The notes below the pieces were generated by a model. That model saw only the letters and a list, made by a program, of their open reading frames with translations, ran no database searches and was not told where the DNA came from. A program made the position numbers and the translations under genes. From the NCBI GenBank assembly GCA_965216875.1, contig OZ244207.1, positions 6,656,001 to 6,720,000 of the forward strand: 64,000 nt of DNA. The letters are read 5' to 3'. Position 1 is the first letter of the stretch; each line of letters opens with the position of its first letter. Below are positions 18,684 through 27,645 of this stretch, in pieces. Origin of the DNA: Rubripirellula sp. GTDB lineage: Bacteria > Planctomycetota > Planctomycetia > Pirellulales > Pirellulaceae.

Positions 18684-20150
18684 TCACGCGAGCAATTCGG
18701 AAAGTGGGCCACGCAAGTCGAGGTGTTTTAGGTTGCCATCGAGTTGACCGAAGGTTTCGGGGGCGGGCAAACCGACGGCGTGCATGAAGGAGAGATAGAG
18801 GTTGGCGATCGTGCGGTGTCCCGCTTCTTGGTACTTCGGATATTCGATGTAGCGCCCCATCTTCAGTTTTCCAGACAAACCACCGACCAGCAGGAAGGGC
18901 CAATCCGCTTGACCACCATGGTGATCACCGCCAGCACACGACATGTAGACGATGAGCGTGTTGTCGAGCATCGTTCCATCCCCTTCGGGGACGCCGTCAA
19001 GACTTTCGGCCATCTTGGCAATTTGTTTCAAGTGAAGCTGCTCGATCTCACGTCGCGCTTCGAAACCTGTCCAGCCATTCGAGGCTGTGTTGGTATCGAG
19101 ATGTCCGATCGCGTGAACGGAATTGGATAGACCGAGCTCAGAGTATTTAACGCCCAGTGTGTCAGGCCGAAGCGTGATCACGTTGGTCAGTCCCGCCGTC
19201 AATGCTGCGGTCGCGATCTCGAAGTGGGCTTCGATTCGAGCTGACGGTGCGAGCGACTCATATCGGTCAGACAACTCGGGGGCATGCTCCTTGATTTGGT
19301 CGACCAAAGCCGCCTTCTTTTCTTCGATTCGGCGCAGCGTGTTGAACGAATCGGTGTAGAGCTCAAAACGCTCTTTTTCATGATGACTGAGGTGTCGTTC
19401 GATTCGTTTCGCATCTTCGCTCAAGAAATCGAGCAAGTTGCCGTTGAGGGCGAGCTTCTTTTCCAACTGCTCTGGTTTTGCCACCGCCGCACCGAAAAGC
19501 TCCAGGAACGCCTTGCGCGGTGAAGCCTGATAGGCAACCGGTTTGGCGGAAGCGTAGGCGGACAGGTTGGGGTAGCAATACGATTCTTCAGGTTTCCAGC
19601 CCGTTTCAAGCAACCGACCATTCATGGCCATGCCGTACATCGGATAGGGGCCTGTCGAAAGGTGCTGGCCAAGAAGGCAGTCGATCGTTGGCGCAATCGC
19701 GACGCGTTCGGAGTCATGACACGAGAGTGCACCGAACCCACAGGTGTGGTCGCCGCGAAAACCTTCCCCCGACAAGCTTTGGATAATCGTTAGCCGCTGT
19801 TTGTAAGGTTCCAAAACACTCAGCTTGGGCGGCAAAGAGTGATCAGAAAGGGGAACGTCAACGTGTGGCCCTAACCGTCTTGCACGGTTGCCGAGTTTCC
19901 TGCCGTCGTCCGCGGCGACGAAGTGATTCTCGAGCCCCTCGGGCACAAGATTGAATTTGTCAATTCCCGAAGACTTCACTACGAAAACGAACCGTTTGGG
20001 CAACGCACCGTCACCACCGGACGCGTGAACGCGTAGCGAGTGCAACAGTGGTGACATTGCTAACGAAACGCCACCAAGCGACACGTTTTCAAGGAATCTT
20101 CTTCGCTGGTAGATCATGGGATTACGGGTCTTACTAGCGTCTGTAGACAA
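18684..20150 (-). CDS. DUF1552 domain protein, Tat-like signal
   Basis: QRRRFLENVSLG, PKRFVFVVKSSG, TIDCLL, VHAIGH and GTMLDNTLIVYMS. Confidence 0.85.
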   Translation of the reverse strand: MSTDASKTRNPMIYQRRRFLENVSLGGVSLAMSPLLHSLRVHASGGDGALPKRFVFVVKSSGIDKFNLVPEGLENHFVAADDGRKLGNRARRLGPHVDVPLSDHSLPPKLSVLEPYKQRLTIIQSLSGEGFRGDHTCGFGALSCHDSERVAIAPTIDCLLGQHLSTGPYPMYGMAMNGRLLETGWKPEESYCYPNLSAYASAKPVAYQASPRKAFLELFGAAVAKPEQLEKKLALNGNLLDFLSEDAKRIERHLSHHEKERFELYTDSFNTLRRIEEKKAALVDQIKEHAPELSDRYESLAPSARIEAHFEIATAALTAGLTNVITLRPDTLGVKYSELGLSNSVHAIGHLDTNTASNGWTGFEARREIEQLHLKQIAKMAESLDGVPEGDGTMLDNTLIVYMSCAGGDHHGGQADWPFLLVGGLSGKLKMGRYIEYPKYQEAGHRTIANLYLSFMHAVGLPAPETFGQLDGNLKHLDLRGPLSELLA

Positions 20151-22479
20151 AGGAATCGGAACTCAACAAGGAAACCACCAAGGCTTTGAAACTGCCACCG
20201 CTCTGCAGGTAGGCTTGGTCCGCCTCGATCAATGTTTGTGAGTCGCTAAGCATTTCGTTTCGCCCCATCAGGTAGCGAAACAAGTGTCGGATGAAGGATT
20301 GTCGGGCTCGATCCGATCGGCCAAGGCGATGCATCATTTCAACGGCGCTGCTGACTTCGCCGTCGACTTCCGATTGGCCTGAACCTACGATTGCACCCTT
20401 GGCGTCGATCAACCTCGCGGTGAGTTTGCCCTCTTCTTGACGACGCTCAAACTCTCGGTCGCGGCGCGAATAGATTTCGCCATTTCCGTCAAAGAAAAGA
20501 TGCGTTCTGTATCGGCCCCAGTCGTCATACACCTCAAACGGCTCGCCGAGCGGATTGATTTTCCGGTGGCACTTCCAGCAACGCTGTGAGCGAAGAGGTT
20601 CCATGCGTTCACGCAGTGTCTTGTGTGGGTCGCTGGAAACGGCGGCATCGACATCAGGCGGCACGTCGCCAAGCACTCCAGCCAAAAGTCGCTCGTAGAC
20701 CCAGATCCCACGTCGAATGGGATCGTTGTCTTCGTTCAGCGAATGCGCGGCCAACCAAGCGGGATGCGTTAACAGTCCGGCGCGTTGTTCCTTGGGTAAT
20801 TCGATGGGTTGCTCGAGTGGCCAGTCCCACTTTTGCTCCTCGACCCCGTTGCTACTCGGCAGATTGTAGGGCTCGATGTAGATCAAGTCGGCGATTCCGC
20901 GGGACTTGGAGGTGAAAGGGTAGCTCGGGTGAGGATACATGCCTTTTGCGAGTGCGGTCGTGTATTTCTTGACGCGTGTTTCTTCACTCTTTTGGTAACT
21001 CGCGAGTCGACGCTCGGCTTCATCTTTTTTGAGTTGCCAATCTTTGAGTTCTCGTTCGAGTTGCTTTCGCCGCTGAGCAACCTTGTCCTTGACGTAATTC
21101 GGGGCGGTCACTTCGGCCACACGTTCCTCATAGAACTCACGTGCGTATTGATTGTCGCCGGGGTGGGCGACGAAATAGCGATTGGTTGTCAGCAAAGTAG
21201 CGATGACATCCTTGTCTTCTTTCAGTACATGTTCGATCAGCATCCGAGCGTCATGAATCAACATCGCCGTGTTCCATTGCGGGATCTTTTCTCGTCGGCG
21301 TCGCTCGTTGTCTTTAAAGACGGTGCCCGCTCGGTGGAATCCAAAAAACTCTTCAAAGAATCGCATCACGCGCGGCAAGTCGCGGCGATCCCAATGTCCC
21401 GAAGTGATTTGGTTGCTCAGCATAAGATCGACCACGCGAGCCACATCTTCTTGGTTGCTGAGTTTGCCGTCACGTAAAGCGTCGCGAAGGTAACGGTTGT
21501 GCTCCGGTGTTCGGTCGGTCAAAGCAAACGCGATCGCGTGGGCCAGCTCATTGGACGAGAGATGACGTCGCCCGTGATCGTCAACATCACCGAGCCCAAA
21601 TTCCATTCGGTAAAGCGATTCTGGACTCAAGAACATCGCCTTGATGGTTGTCTTGAGTCCATCGAGGTTGCCGCCGGTTTTGATGTTTTGCTTGAGGAAG
21701 GCAACGTACTTGGTTCGCTCGTCATCACGTGGTGGGCGTCCAATCACGCGTCGATATTCCCTCGCGACGACATCCTTGAGCGTTTGATCATCGGGGATCG
21801 GTGCGTCATCGGCAAAACGAGCGAACTCGCCGCGCTTGTCACGATGCGAAAGGAAAGAGTCCGCCGCGATCAACATCATTTGCACGGTGCTCTGATCGGT
21901 GATCGACATCGCCGCGTAGTCACGGATCCCACGCTCGGACGTGACGTAGGTGTAAGGGCTTTTCGCATTCCCGAATCCTCGTTGCGCAAAAATCTCGGGG
22001 CTGAATCGCCACATTCGCGCGGGAGAAAATGGGGGCGTTTCGATTTCGCCTGAGAAGAGCTTTTCGTGGCTCACCCAGTTTCCGTACTCCGGAGCCAGCA
22101 GTTTCTTTTGGTAGGCTTCGAAGCGATCCGTCTCTTGCATCTTCTGGACGATCCACGCAATCACGTTCGCCTTTTCGATGGCGTTTGGACGCTGTTCGTC
22201 CTGAGGAGGCATTTGGTCAAACTGCAGGCTGTGCAGGACGTCGACCCAACGATTGGCACTCGCGTCGTCGGTAAAGTCGGTCGCAAGATTTTGAAGATCC
22301 AATCCAGCTTCGGATTGATCGCCCCTATGACACTGCTGGCAATGTTGATCGAAAAAGGGGGCAACCGTTTCTTCAAAGGAAACCGATGGGTTGTCGATTG
22401 CATGGCAGGTGGATAGCACGGGGCAACACGCCAACCAGATCATCGTTGCGATGGTCCACGGCGCGAACAACCTGCTCAT
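20134..22479 (-). CDS. DUF1588-type planctomycete cytochrome c domain protein
   Basis: Signal peptide; CQQCH and CWKCH; RAGLLTHPAWL, DPIRRGIWV and INPLGEPFE. Confidence 0.88.
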   Translation of the reverse strand: MSRLFAPWTIATMIWLACCPVLSTCHAIDNPSVSFEETVAPFFDQHCQQCHRGDQSEAGLDLQNLATDFTDDASANRWVDVLHSLQFDQMPPQDEQRPNAIEKANVIAWIVQKMQETDRFEAYQKKLLAPEYGNWVSHEKLFSGEIETPPFSPARMWRFSPEIFAQRGFGNAKSPYTYVTSERGIRDYAAMSITDQSTVQMMLIAADSFLSHRDKRGEFARFADDAPIPDDQTLKDVVAREYRRVIGRPPRDDERTKYVAFLKQNIKTGGNLDGLKTTIKAMFLSPESLYRMEFGLGDVDDHGRRHLSSNELAHAIAFALTDRTPEHNRYLRDALRDGKLSNQEDVARVVDLMLSNQITSGHWDRRDLPRVMRFFEEFFGFHRAGTVFKDNERRRREKIPQWNTAMLIHDARMLIEHVLKEDKDVIATLLTTNRYFVAHPGDNQYAREFYEERVAEVTAPNYVKDKVAQRRKQLERELKDWQLKKDEAERRLASYQKSEETRVKKYTTALAKGMYPHPSYPFTSKSRGIADLIYIEPYNLPSSNGVEEQKWDWPLEQPIELPKEQRAGLLTHPAWLAAHSLNEDNDPIRRGIWVYERLLAGVLGDVPPDVDAAVSSDPHKTLRERMEPLRSQRCWKCHRKINPLGEPFEVYDDWGRYRTHLFFDGNGEIYSRRDREFERRQEEGKLTARLIDAKGAIVGSGQSEVDGEVSSAVEMMHRLGRSDRARQSFIRHLFRYLMGRNEMLSDSQTLIEADQAYLQSGGSFKALVVSLLSSDSFVYRR

Positions 22480-22591
22480 TTTTCGGCCTCTCTCAAGAAT
22501 AACTTACCGACGCAGATTGTATTCGGTGGGCTGGAACGCATTTGTACCAATGCGAATCAACTGGCCGGCCCCCACCGAGTTTCGATCTTGC

Positions 22592-23926
22592 TTACCGAGT
22601 TTCGATATCGACAACCAGCATCGAGTGATCGCTTGCTGGCGGATTTGGCGTTGGCTCATCGCGCAGAACGCTCAGTTGGTGCGAATTGAGAATGAAGCCT
22701 CCTCTTGCGCTCAGACGCGTGGTGTCGACTGTCACGTAGTCGAGTCGCCCTGGCCAAAAGGTTTCCTGTGGCGATACGCCTTGCCAAGTCATCGTCGAAC
22801 CGTCGACCGGACAGCTGAGGAAAACATCTTTCAGGCCGGCCTTATTGAGTAGGTCGAGGGGAGTGCGGGAACCAACCAAGTTGAAATCTCCCAGCACCAT
22901 CACGCCTGCGCTAGCGGGATCCTGTCCAAAGACTCCGTCACGCATGCGTTGAAGATCCGAGAGGAGCAGCTCGACTTCATCGACTCGTGTCTTGTCTTCC
23001 CGGCTTCCCGAGTAACCACAGCACCGAAAGTGTGCCGAAACGACAACGAGCTTTTTGTTATTCGGCAAATGGACAAGGGCCGCTGCCTCTTGAGCTTGGA
23101 TCGTCAGCGGCGTGATCGGAAACCGCGAGACGATCCCGCAGGTCGCTGCCCAGTGGACATTCTTTGAGCCCGCAAATCGCGGAGGCAGGACATTGTCAAA
23201 TGTCGATCGAAAGATCGGTTCTTCAAGTGCTTCGTTGAAGCAATAGATGTCAGCGTCCGCCAGCTCGAAGAGCTTCTTGATTTCGGTCGCCCGGTCGCGC
23301 GACGCACTTCCCTGGCGAAGGGTGTTGAGGCTGGCAATCCGAATCGAGTTCGCCGGCGCGGTCAGGTCACGTTTTTCGCGCCGGACAGCACCAGCTTCTG
23401 TGATGGTCAACAAAATCGGTTTCGCCAAGCGGTCAGAACCTTCGAATTGGAGCCGCACGGTGTCACCGGTTGCAACCTTCAATTCCGACAGGTCGACGCG
23501 CAGTTCGAAGTCCGTTGTCGCAAAGGTTGGCAGCGCCGCAAATTGCAGTTTGGGCCAGGCAATTGCAGTCTGGTTCGCTCCCTCGATCAGGGTGGCGTTT
23601 CGGTTCCTTAGGTCCAGGACCAAACCTTTGTTGTTCGATGTCTCAAACCGCAGTCGCAAGGTCCCGTCTGCCGGATCGCCACTTTGCAAGTTGAGTCTCT
23701 TTTGCGTGTCAAAGCGAATGAAGACTGTCTTGCCATGCACTGCTGCATCGACGCGTGAAAGGTCAAACCCACCGGTCGCATCACCAACCGGGTCTTCATA
23801 GAGTTTGTCGCTTAGCCCCGCCCAGTCATCAAATTCTCCATCAAGACGAATAGGGCCCTGCCCCATCGATATGCCCGGCAGCGCAAACGCGACACACAAG
23901 ACCAAGCACGAACAAAGGATTCTCAT
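22592..23926 (-). CDS. Secreted endonuclease/exonuclease/phosphatase family protein
   Basis: IRIASLN, ADIYCFNE, SAHF, LGDFN, RLDY and ASDH motifs; N-terminal IRLDGEFDDW beta-sandwich-like domain. Confidence 0.85.
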   Translation of the reverse strand: MRILCSCLVLCVAFALPGISMGQGPIRLDGEFDDWAGLSDKLYEDPVGDATGGFDLSRVDAAVHGKTVFIRFDTQKRLNLQSGDPADGTLRLRFETSNNKGLVLDLRNRNATLIEGANQTAIAWPKLQFAALPTFATTDFELRVDLSELKVATGDTVRLQFEGSDRLAKPILLTITEAGAVRREKRDLTAPANSIRIASLNTLRQGSASRDRATEIKKLFELADADIYCFNEALEEPIFRSTFDNVLPPRFAGSKNVHWAATCGIVSRFPITPLTIQAQEAAALVHLPNNKKLVVVSAHFRCCGYSGSREDKTRVDEVELLLSDLQRMRDGVFGQDPASAGVMVLGDFNLVGSRTPLDLLNKAGLKDVFLSCPVDGSTMTWQGVSPQETFWPGRLDYVTVDTTRLSARGGFILNSHQLSVLRDEPTPNPPASDHSMLVVDIETR

Positions 23927-23976
23927 CGCGGGCGTTCCGAACGAAGGCAGGTTGATGGGGGGATCCAGGACGGTTG

Positions 23977-25938
23977 CTACTTGTCAGTTTCTTGCTCGAC
24001 TGGCACCGAGAGCGGCCCGTCGATTTGGTCGCGCCGCATTTTGCCTGGTTGGGACATCAACTGCTTGAGTGAGTCGAGGTGATTTTCATAGACACCCCGC
24101 GGCGTTGTGTCGTGGTGAACGCAAAGCCATGCTGCTTTGCCGACGACCTCGCCCATCATGCCGCAAGTGCGCATCACGCGAACTGGACCCAAACCTTCGT
24201 GGGTCACACTGATGTCGCGTCCTGCCATGAACAGGTTGGATCGGTTGCGACTGTAAAGGCATCGATAGGGTGCCCAATAAGGTCCTTCGTAGTCATACCC
24301 TTCGCCGGTCGTCGCATAGGAAATGAACTCTTCGCCCTCATGGCCATCATCGAATTCGCTGTGCGGTGAATGGACATCGATGCCCCACGTGCAGGGGAAA
24401 CAGCCGTCTTTGAACTCTTTTCCATCACGCAAATCGTCGGCCGAGAGAATCACATCACCAAGCAAGCGTCGTGATTCGCGTTTGCCCGCGATGAATGCTG
24501 CCCATGCAATTCGATGGTTGGGGAACTTGCCATCCACGTTCTTCAGCGCGTCCCACGCTCCAAACATGGCTCGCAAGTTCAAGTCGCGAATCCGTTCGAC
24601 ATCGTTGATCGGATCGCGATCGAATCCGCTTTCCCAGTACCAACCGCCCAGGTTCTCAAGCGGGTTGTCGCTACCCCATTGGCCTCGCAGTTTCCCTCGC
24701 CCAGGAAACGGTTTGTCGGTCAAATCAATCGCCCAACTGCATCGTGGAAACTCCATGATGGTGTTGCCCGCCTTGGTTGCCACACCGAGAGCGGTCTTGT
24801 CTTTGCATTCACACTTGAGGACTTCTTGCGGGTCGGACGCATCCATCAAGTTCCAAAGGTTGCTCATCCCCTGGTGGTTCTTTTGAGTGACGTCATAGTC
24901 GGCGCCCGAAAGGAATCCAACCGTGCCATCGCCAGTGCAGTCCGCAAACAGCTTGGCTCGGAACTTTGTGTGGCGCGAAGTGCGAATGTGGTGTGCCGTG
25001 ACCGAAACGACACGATCTCCCTCGGTGTCAGCAGCGAAGACGCGCTGTTCGGTAAACAGAGTGATTCGCGGTTCGGCTTTAATCAGTCGCATTTTGATCG
25101 AATCGCCATAGTGTTCGGCCCGACGCGCGTTGGCGCTGTTCTTGCCGACCGGCTTGGGGATCATCATCTCTTCAACAATGTCGCCAATGTGCGTGTAAGG
25201 TTTCTGACGCGTGTGACCCTCCGGCCAGACACGGACTTCACTGCTGCCATTGCCTCCGAGAACGGGGCGGTCTTGAACGAGTGCGACGCTCAACCCGTTT
25301 CGTGCCGCCGACAACGCGGTGCTGCAACCAGCGATGCCACCACCGACGACGACCAAGTCATAGGAGCCGCCATCGTCCACGACGCCGACAAGGCCCAATT
25401 GTTTGCGCCGAAACTGAGTGAGCGTTTCGAGATCATTGGGAGGGACGAAACTTGGGTCGTTTGAAAAGACAATGGCGTCGCAGCGCCCATTGAATCCAGT
25501 CAAGTCATGAAGCGACACGGTGTTGGAAGTCGTGAGCGTGATTTCGCCGCCCGATTGCCAATGCCAAGGTTCACCCTCAGTTCCGAAAGTTGTCTTGATC
25601 GGCTTGTCGTTGATGAGCAACTGGAATTTTCCCGGTGCACCTTTGACACCCCACGGTGCAACCCAATCTCGCGTTCGAACCCAAACGTTGTAGCGTCCAG
25701 GTTCGGTAACCTTTAGCGTTGTCGTTGCGTCATCAACGGCAACCCCCAAGCCATGTGCGAGCAAGTAGCAGGATCCGACTTGTTCGAGCGATTGTTGATC
25801 AACATCCCAACCGCCCAATTCCTCGAACTGTTCCGCTTCAAGGAAGTAGGTGCCATCGCCAGCGATCAATGAAGGGGAAACAGCCGGTCCAAATGCCAAG
25901 CCAAGTAGCAAACAGCACAAAAGGGTGGGTCGATACAT
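23977..25938 (-). CDS. Secreted FAD-dependent oxidoreductase (FAD_oxidored-type)
   Basis: YDLVVVGGGIAG, DRPVLGGNGSSE, FADCTGDG, GKRESRRL and PYRCLYSRN. Confidence 0.9.
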   Translation of the reverse strand: MYRPTLLCCLLLGLAFGPAVSPSLIAGDGTYFLEAEQFEELGGWDVDQQSLEQVGSCYLLAHGLGVAVDDATTTLKVTEPGRYNVWVRTRDWVAPWGVKGAPGKFQLLINDKPIKTTFGTEGEPWHWQSGGEITLTTSNTVSLHDLTGFNGRCDAIVFSNDPSFVPPNDLETLTQFRRKQLGLVGVVDDGGSYDLVVVGGGIAGCSTALSAARNGLSVALVQDRPVLGGNGSSEVRVWPEGHTRQKPYTHIGDIVEEMMIPKPVGKNSANARRAEHYGDSIKMRLIKAEPRITLFTEQRVFAADTEGDRVVSVTAHHIRTSRHTKFRAKLFADCTGDGTVGFLSGADYDVTQKNHQGMSNLWNLMDASDPQEVLKCECKDKTALGVATKAGNTIMEFPRCSWAIDLTDKPFPGRGKLRGQWGSDNPLENLGGWYWESGFDRDPINDVERIRDLNLRAMFGAWDALKNVDGKFPNHRIAWAAFIAGKRESRRLLGDVILSADDLRDGKEFKDGCFPCTWGIDVHSPHSEFDDGHEGEEFISYATTGEGYDYEGPYWAPYRCLYSRNRSNLFMAGRDISVTHEGLGPVRVMRTCGMMGEVVGKAAWLCVHHDTTPRGVYENHLDSLKQLMSQPGKMRRDQIDGPLSVPVEQETDK

Positions 25939-26153
25939 CAAAGTCGTTGGGGATTGGGGAGTCGAGGGAACGTGACCAAACAAACAACAGCCACGAATCT
26001 AATCCATTTCGCCAAATCTGGAAGTCATTCGTATCTGAATGTAGGCACCGTTGCCTGCAATGTCGTCGAACGGTCACACCCGTTTACGACTAGAATTGAC
26101 GGCTTCGAAACGCTCCTCAGGCAGGCCGGGGCAACGACAAAGAGTGCCAAAAA

Positions 26154-27401
26154 ATGAATCAGAAGTCAGACTTGAACCGCCGCCGACTTCTTCAGGGAAC
26201 GGGCATCGCGCTTTCACTGCCTCTCTTGGAAAGTCTGAGCTGCGGTGCTGCCTTCGACGGCGAGTCTCCGCGCCGCCTCGTTTGTGTTGGCAATCATCTT
26301 GGCTTTTACCCCGGCAACTTCTTTCCCAAAACTGCTGGCAAGCAGTTTGAGCCGACGTCCACTTTGAAGCCACTTGAGATGCACCGCGATGACTTGACGG
26401 TTTTTTCAAATCTCGATCACGGTCTCAACGGCGGGCACAAAGGCGTTCAAGGATTTCTCAATGGAATCAAGAAGGAAGAGGCCAGCGGGTTTCCTGAGAA
26501 GAACATCTCGCTTGACCAAGCTGCTGCCGAACATGTTGGCAGTGCCACTCGCTTCCCCTCGATCAACACTGGCATCTTGCGCGGAACCGACATGTGTTGG
26601 ACACGAGCTGGCGTTCATGTGCCTCCGATCAACAATCCGGCAAAACTCTTCCAGGCCCTGTTCGTCAACTCGCCAGCAAACGAACGTCAATCGCAGCGTA
26701 CCCGACTTGCGCACCGCGGCAGCATGCTCGACGCGCTTCGCGATTCGGCCAACGCAATGAATCGAACACTCGGTTCAGCCGATCGCGACAAACTCGAGCA
26801 ATACTTGACGTCTGTCCGGGATGTTGAGCGACGACTGCAGATGTCAAAAGAATGGCTTGATCGCCCAAAGCCGAAGCCACAGATCGAAGACGTCTTGGAT
26901 GAAGAACGCAAACATATCGATGAGGTCGGCTTGTTCTATGACTTGATGGCACTCGCGTTGCAGACGGATTCAACGCGCGTGGCGACACTTGAAACGGGGA
27001 TGGGTTTCCGAACGGCCGAGCTCGATTTGGGTAGTTATCACCAGTTGTCTCACCATGGCAAAGCAGCAGATCGTATCGGCCAGCTGCAAGTGATCGAGGC
27101 GTTTCTAACGAGCAAGCTCAGTCACTTCCTCGCGCAATTGAAAGAAGCGCAGATCTTTGACAACACGTTGGTCGTATTTGGCAGCGGGATGAGCGACGGA
27201 TCGAGTCACAGCAACCGAAACCTACCGGTGTTGCTGGCCGGAGGCGGCATCAAGCACCAAGGTCATCTCGTTTGTCCCGACGAGCAACATGAACGAGTGC
27301 CCCTTTCCAATCTATGGTTGTCTGTTCTGCATTGGTTTGGTGCCGAGCGAGATCGGTTTGGCAGAAGCTCGGGAACGTTCTCTCCAATGAAGATTGGATA
27401 G
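26154..27401 (+). CDS. DUF1552 (HXXSHH) domain protein, Tat-like signal
   Basis: NRRRLLQGTGIALSLPLLES, ISLDQAAA, ALQTDSTR, YHQLSHH and NLPVLLAGG. Confidence 0.9.
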   Translation: MNQKSDLNRRRLLQGTGIALSLPLLESLSCGAAFDGESPRRLVCVGNHLGFYPGNFFPKTAGKQFEPTSTLKPLEMHRDDLTVFSNLDHGLNGGHKGVQGFLNGIKKEEASGFPEKNISLDQAAAEHVGSATRFPSINTGILRGTDMCWTRAGVHVPPINNPAKLFQALFVNSPANERQSQRTRLAHRGSMLDALRDSANAMNRTLGSADRDKLEQYLTSVRDVERRLQMSKEWLDRPKPKPQIEDVLDEERKHIDEVGLFYDLMALALQTDSTRVATLETGMGFRTAELDLGSYHQLSHHGKAADRIGQLQVIEAFLTSKLSHFLAQLKEAQIFDNTLVVFGSGMSDGSSHSNRNLPVLLAGGGIKHQGHLVCPDEQHERVPLSNLWLSVLHWFGAERDRFGRSSGTFSPMKIG

Positions 27402-27419
27402 GGGATGAGTATGAAGGCT

Positions 27420-27645
27420 AGTGCTGCGGATTGGAGTTATGGTGCCAAGAGGTAAAGTGCTTGCCCAGATTGACGCGCGCTCCAACAATCACCCTCCCGC
27501 TTGCGGGAGGGTCGGACGCAAAGTCCGGGGAGGGAATGAACCATACAAACCCTCTCCGGGCTTTAGAGCCCGACTCTCCCAAGGGAGAGCGCTAACGTGC
27601 GCAATTTCGAAGTCTGGTGGAAGCGCAATTGCAATCTGTAGCACT
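27420..27645. mobile_element. 226-bp MITE-like insertion with imperfect terminal inverted repeats and an internal REP-like palindrome
   Basis: Ends AGTGCTGCGGATTGGAGTT and AATTGCAATCTGTAGCACT. Excision joins ATG AGT ATG AAG GCT to CGT CTT TGG in frame. The interior (27491-27589) recurs at 49808-49904. Confidence 0.7.

Noticed and set aside
22575..22606. 13-bp direct repeat ACCGAGTTTCGAT at the EEP gene end
   Set aside because: There are only two short copies and no associated element; it is probably a local micro-duplication.
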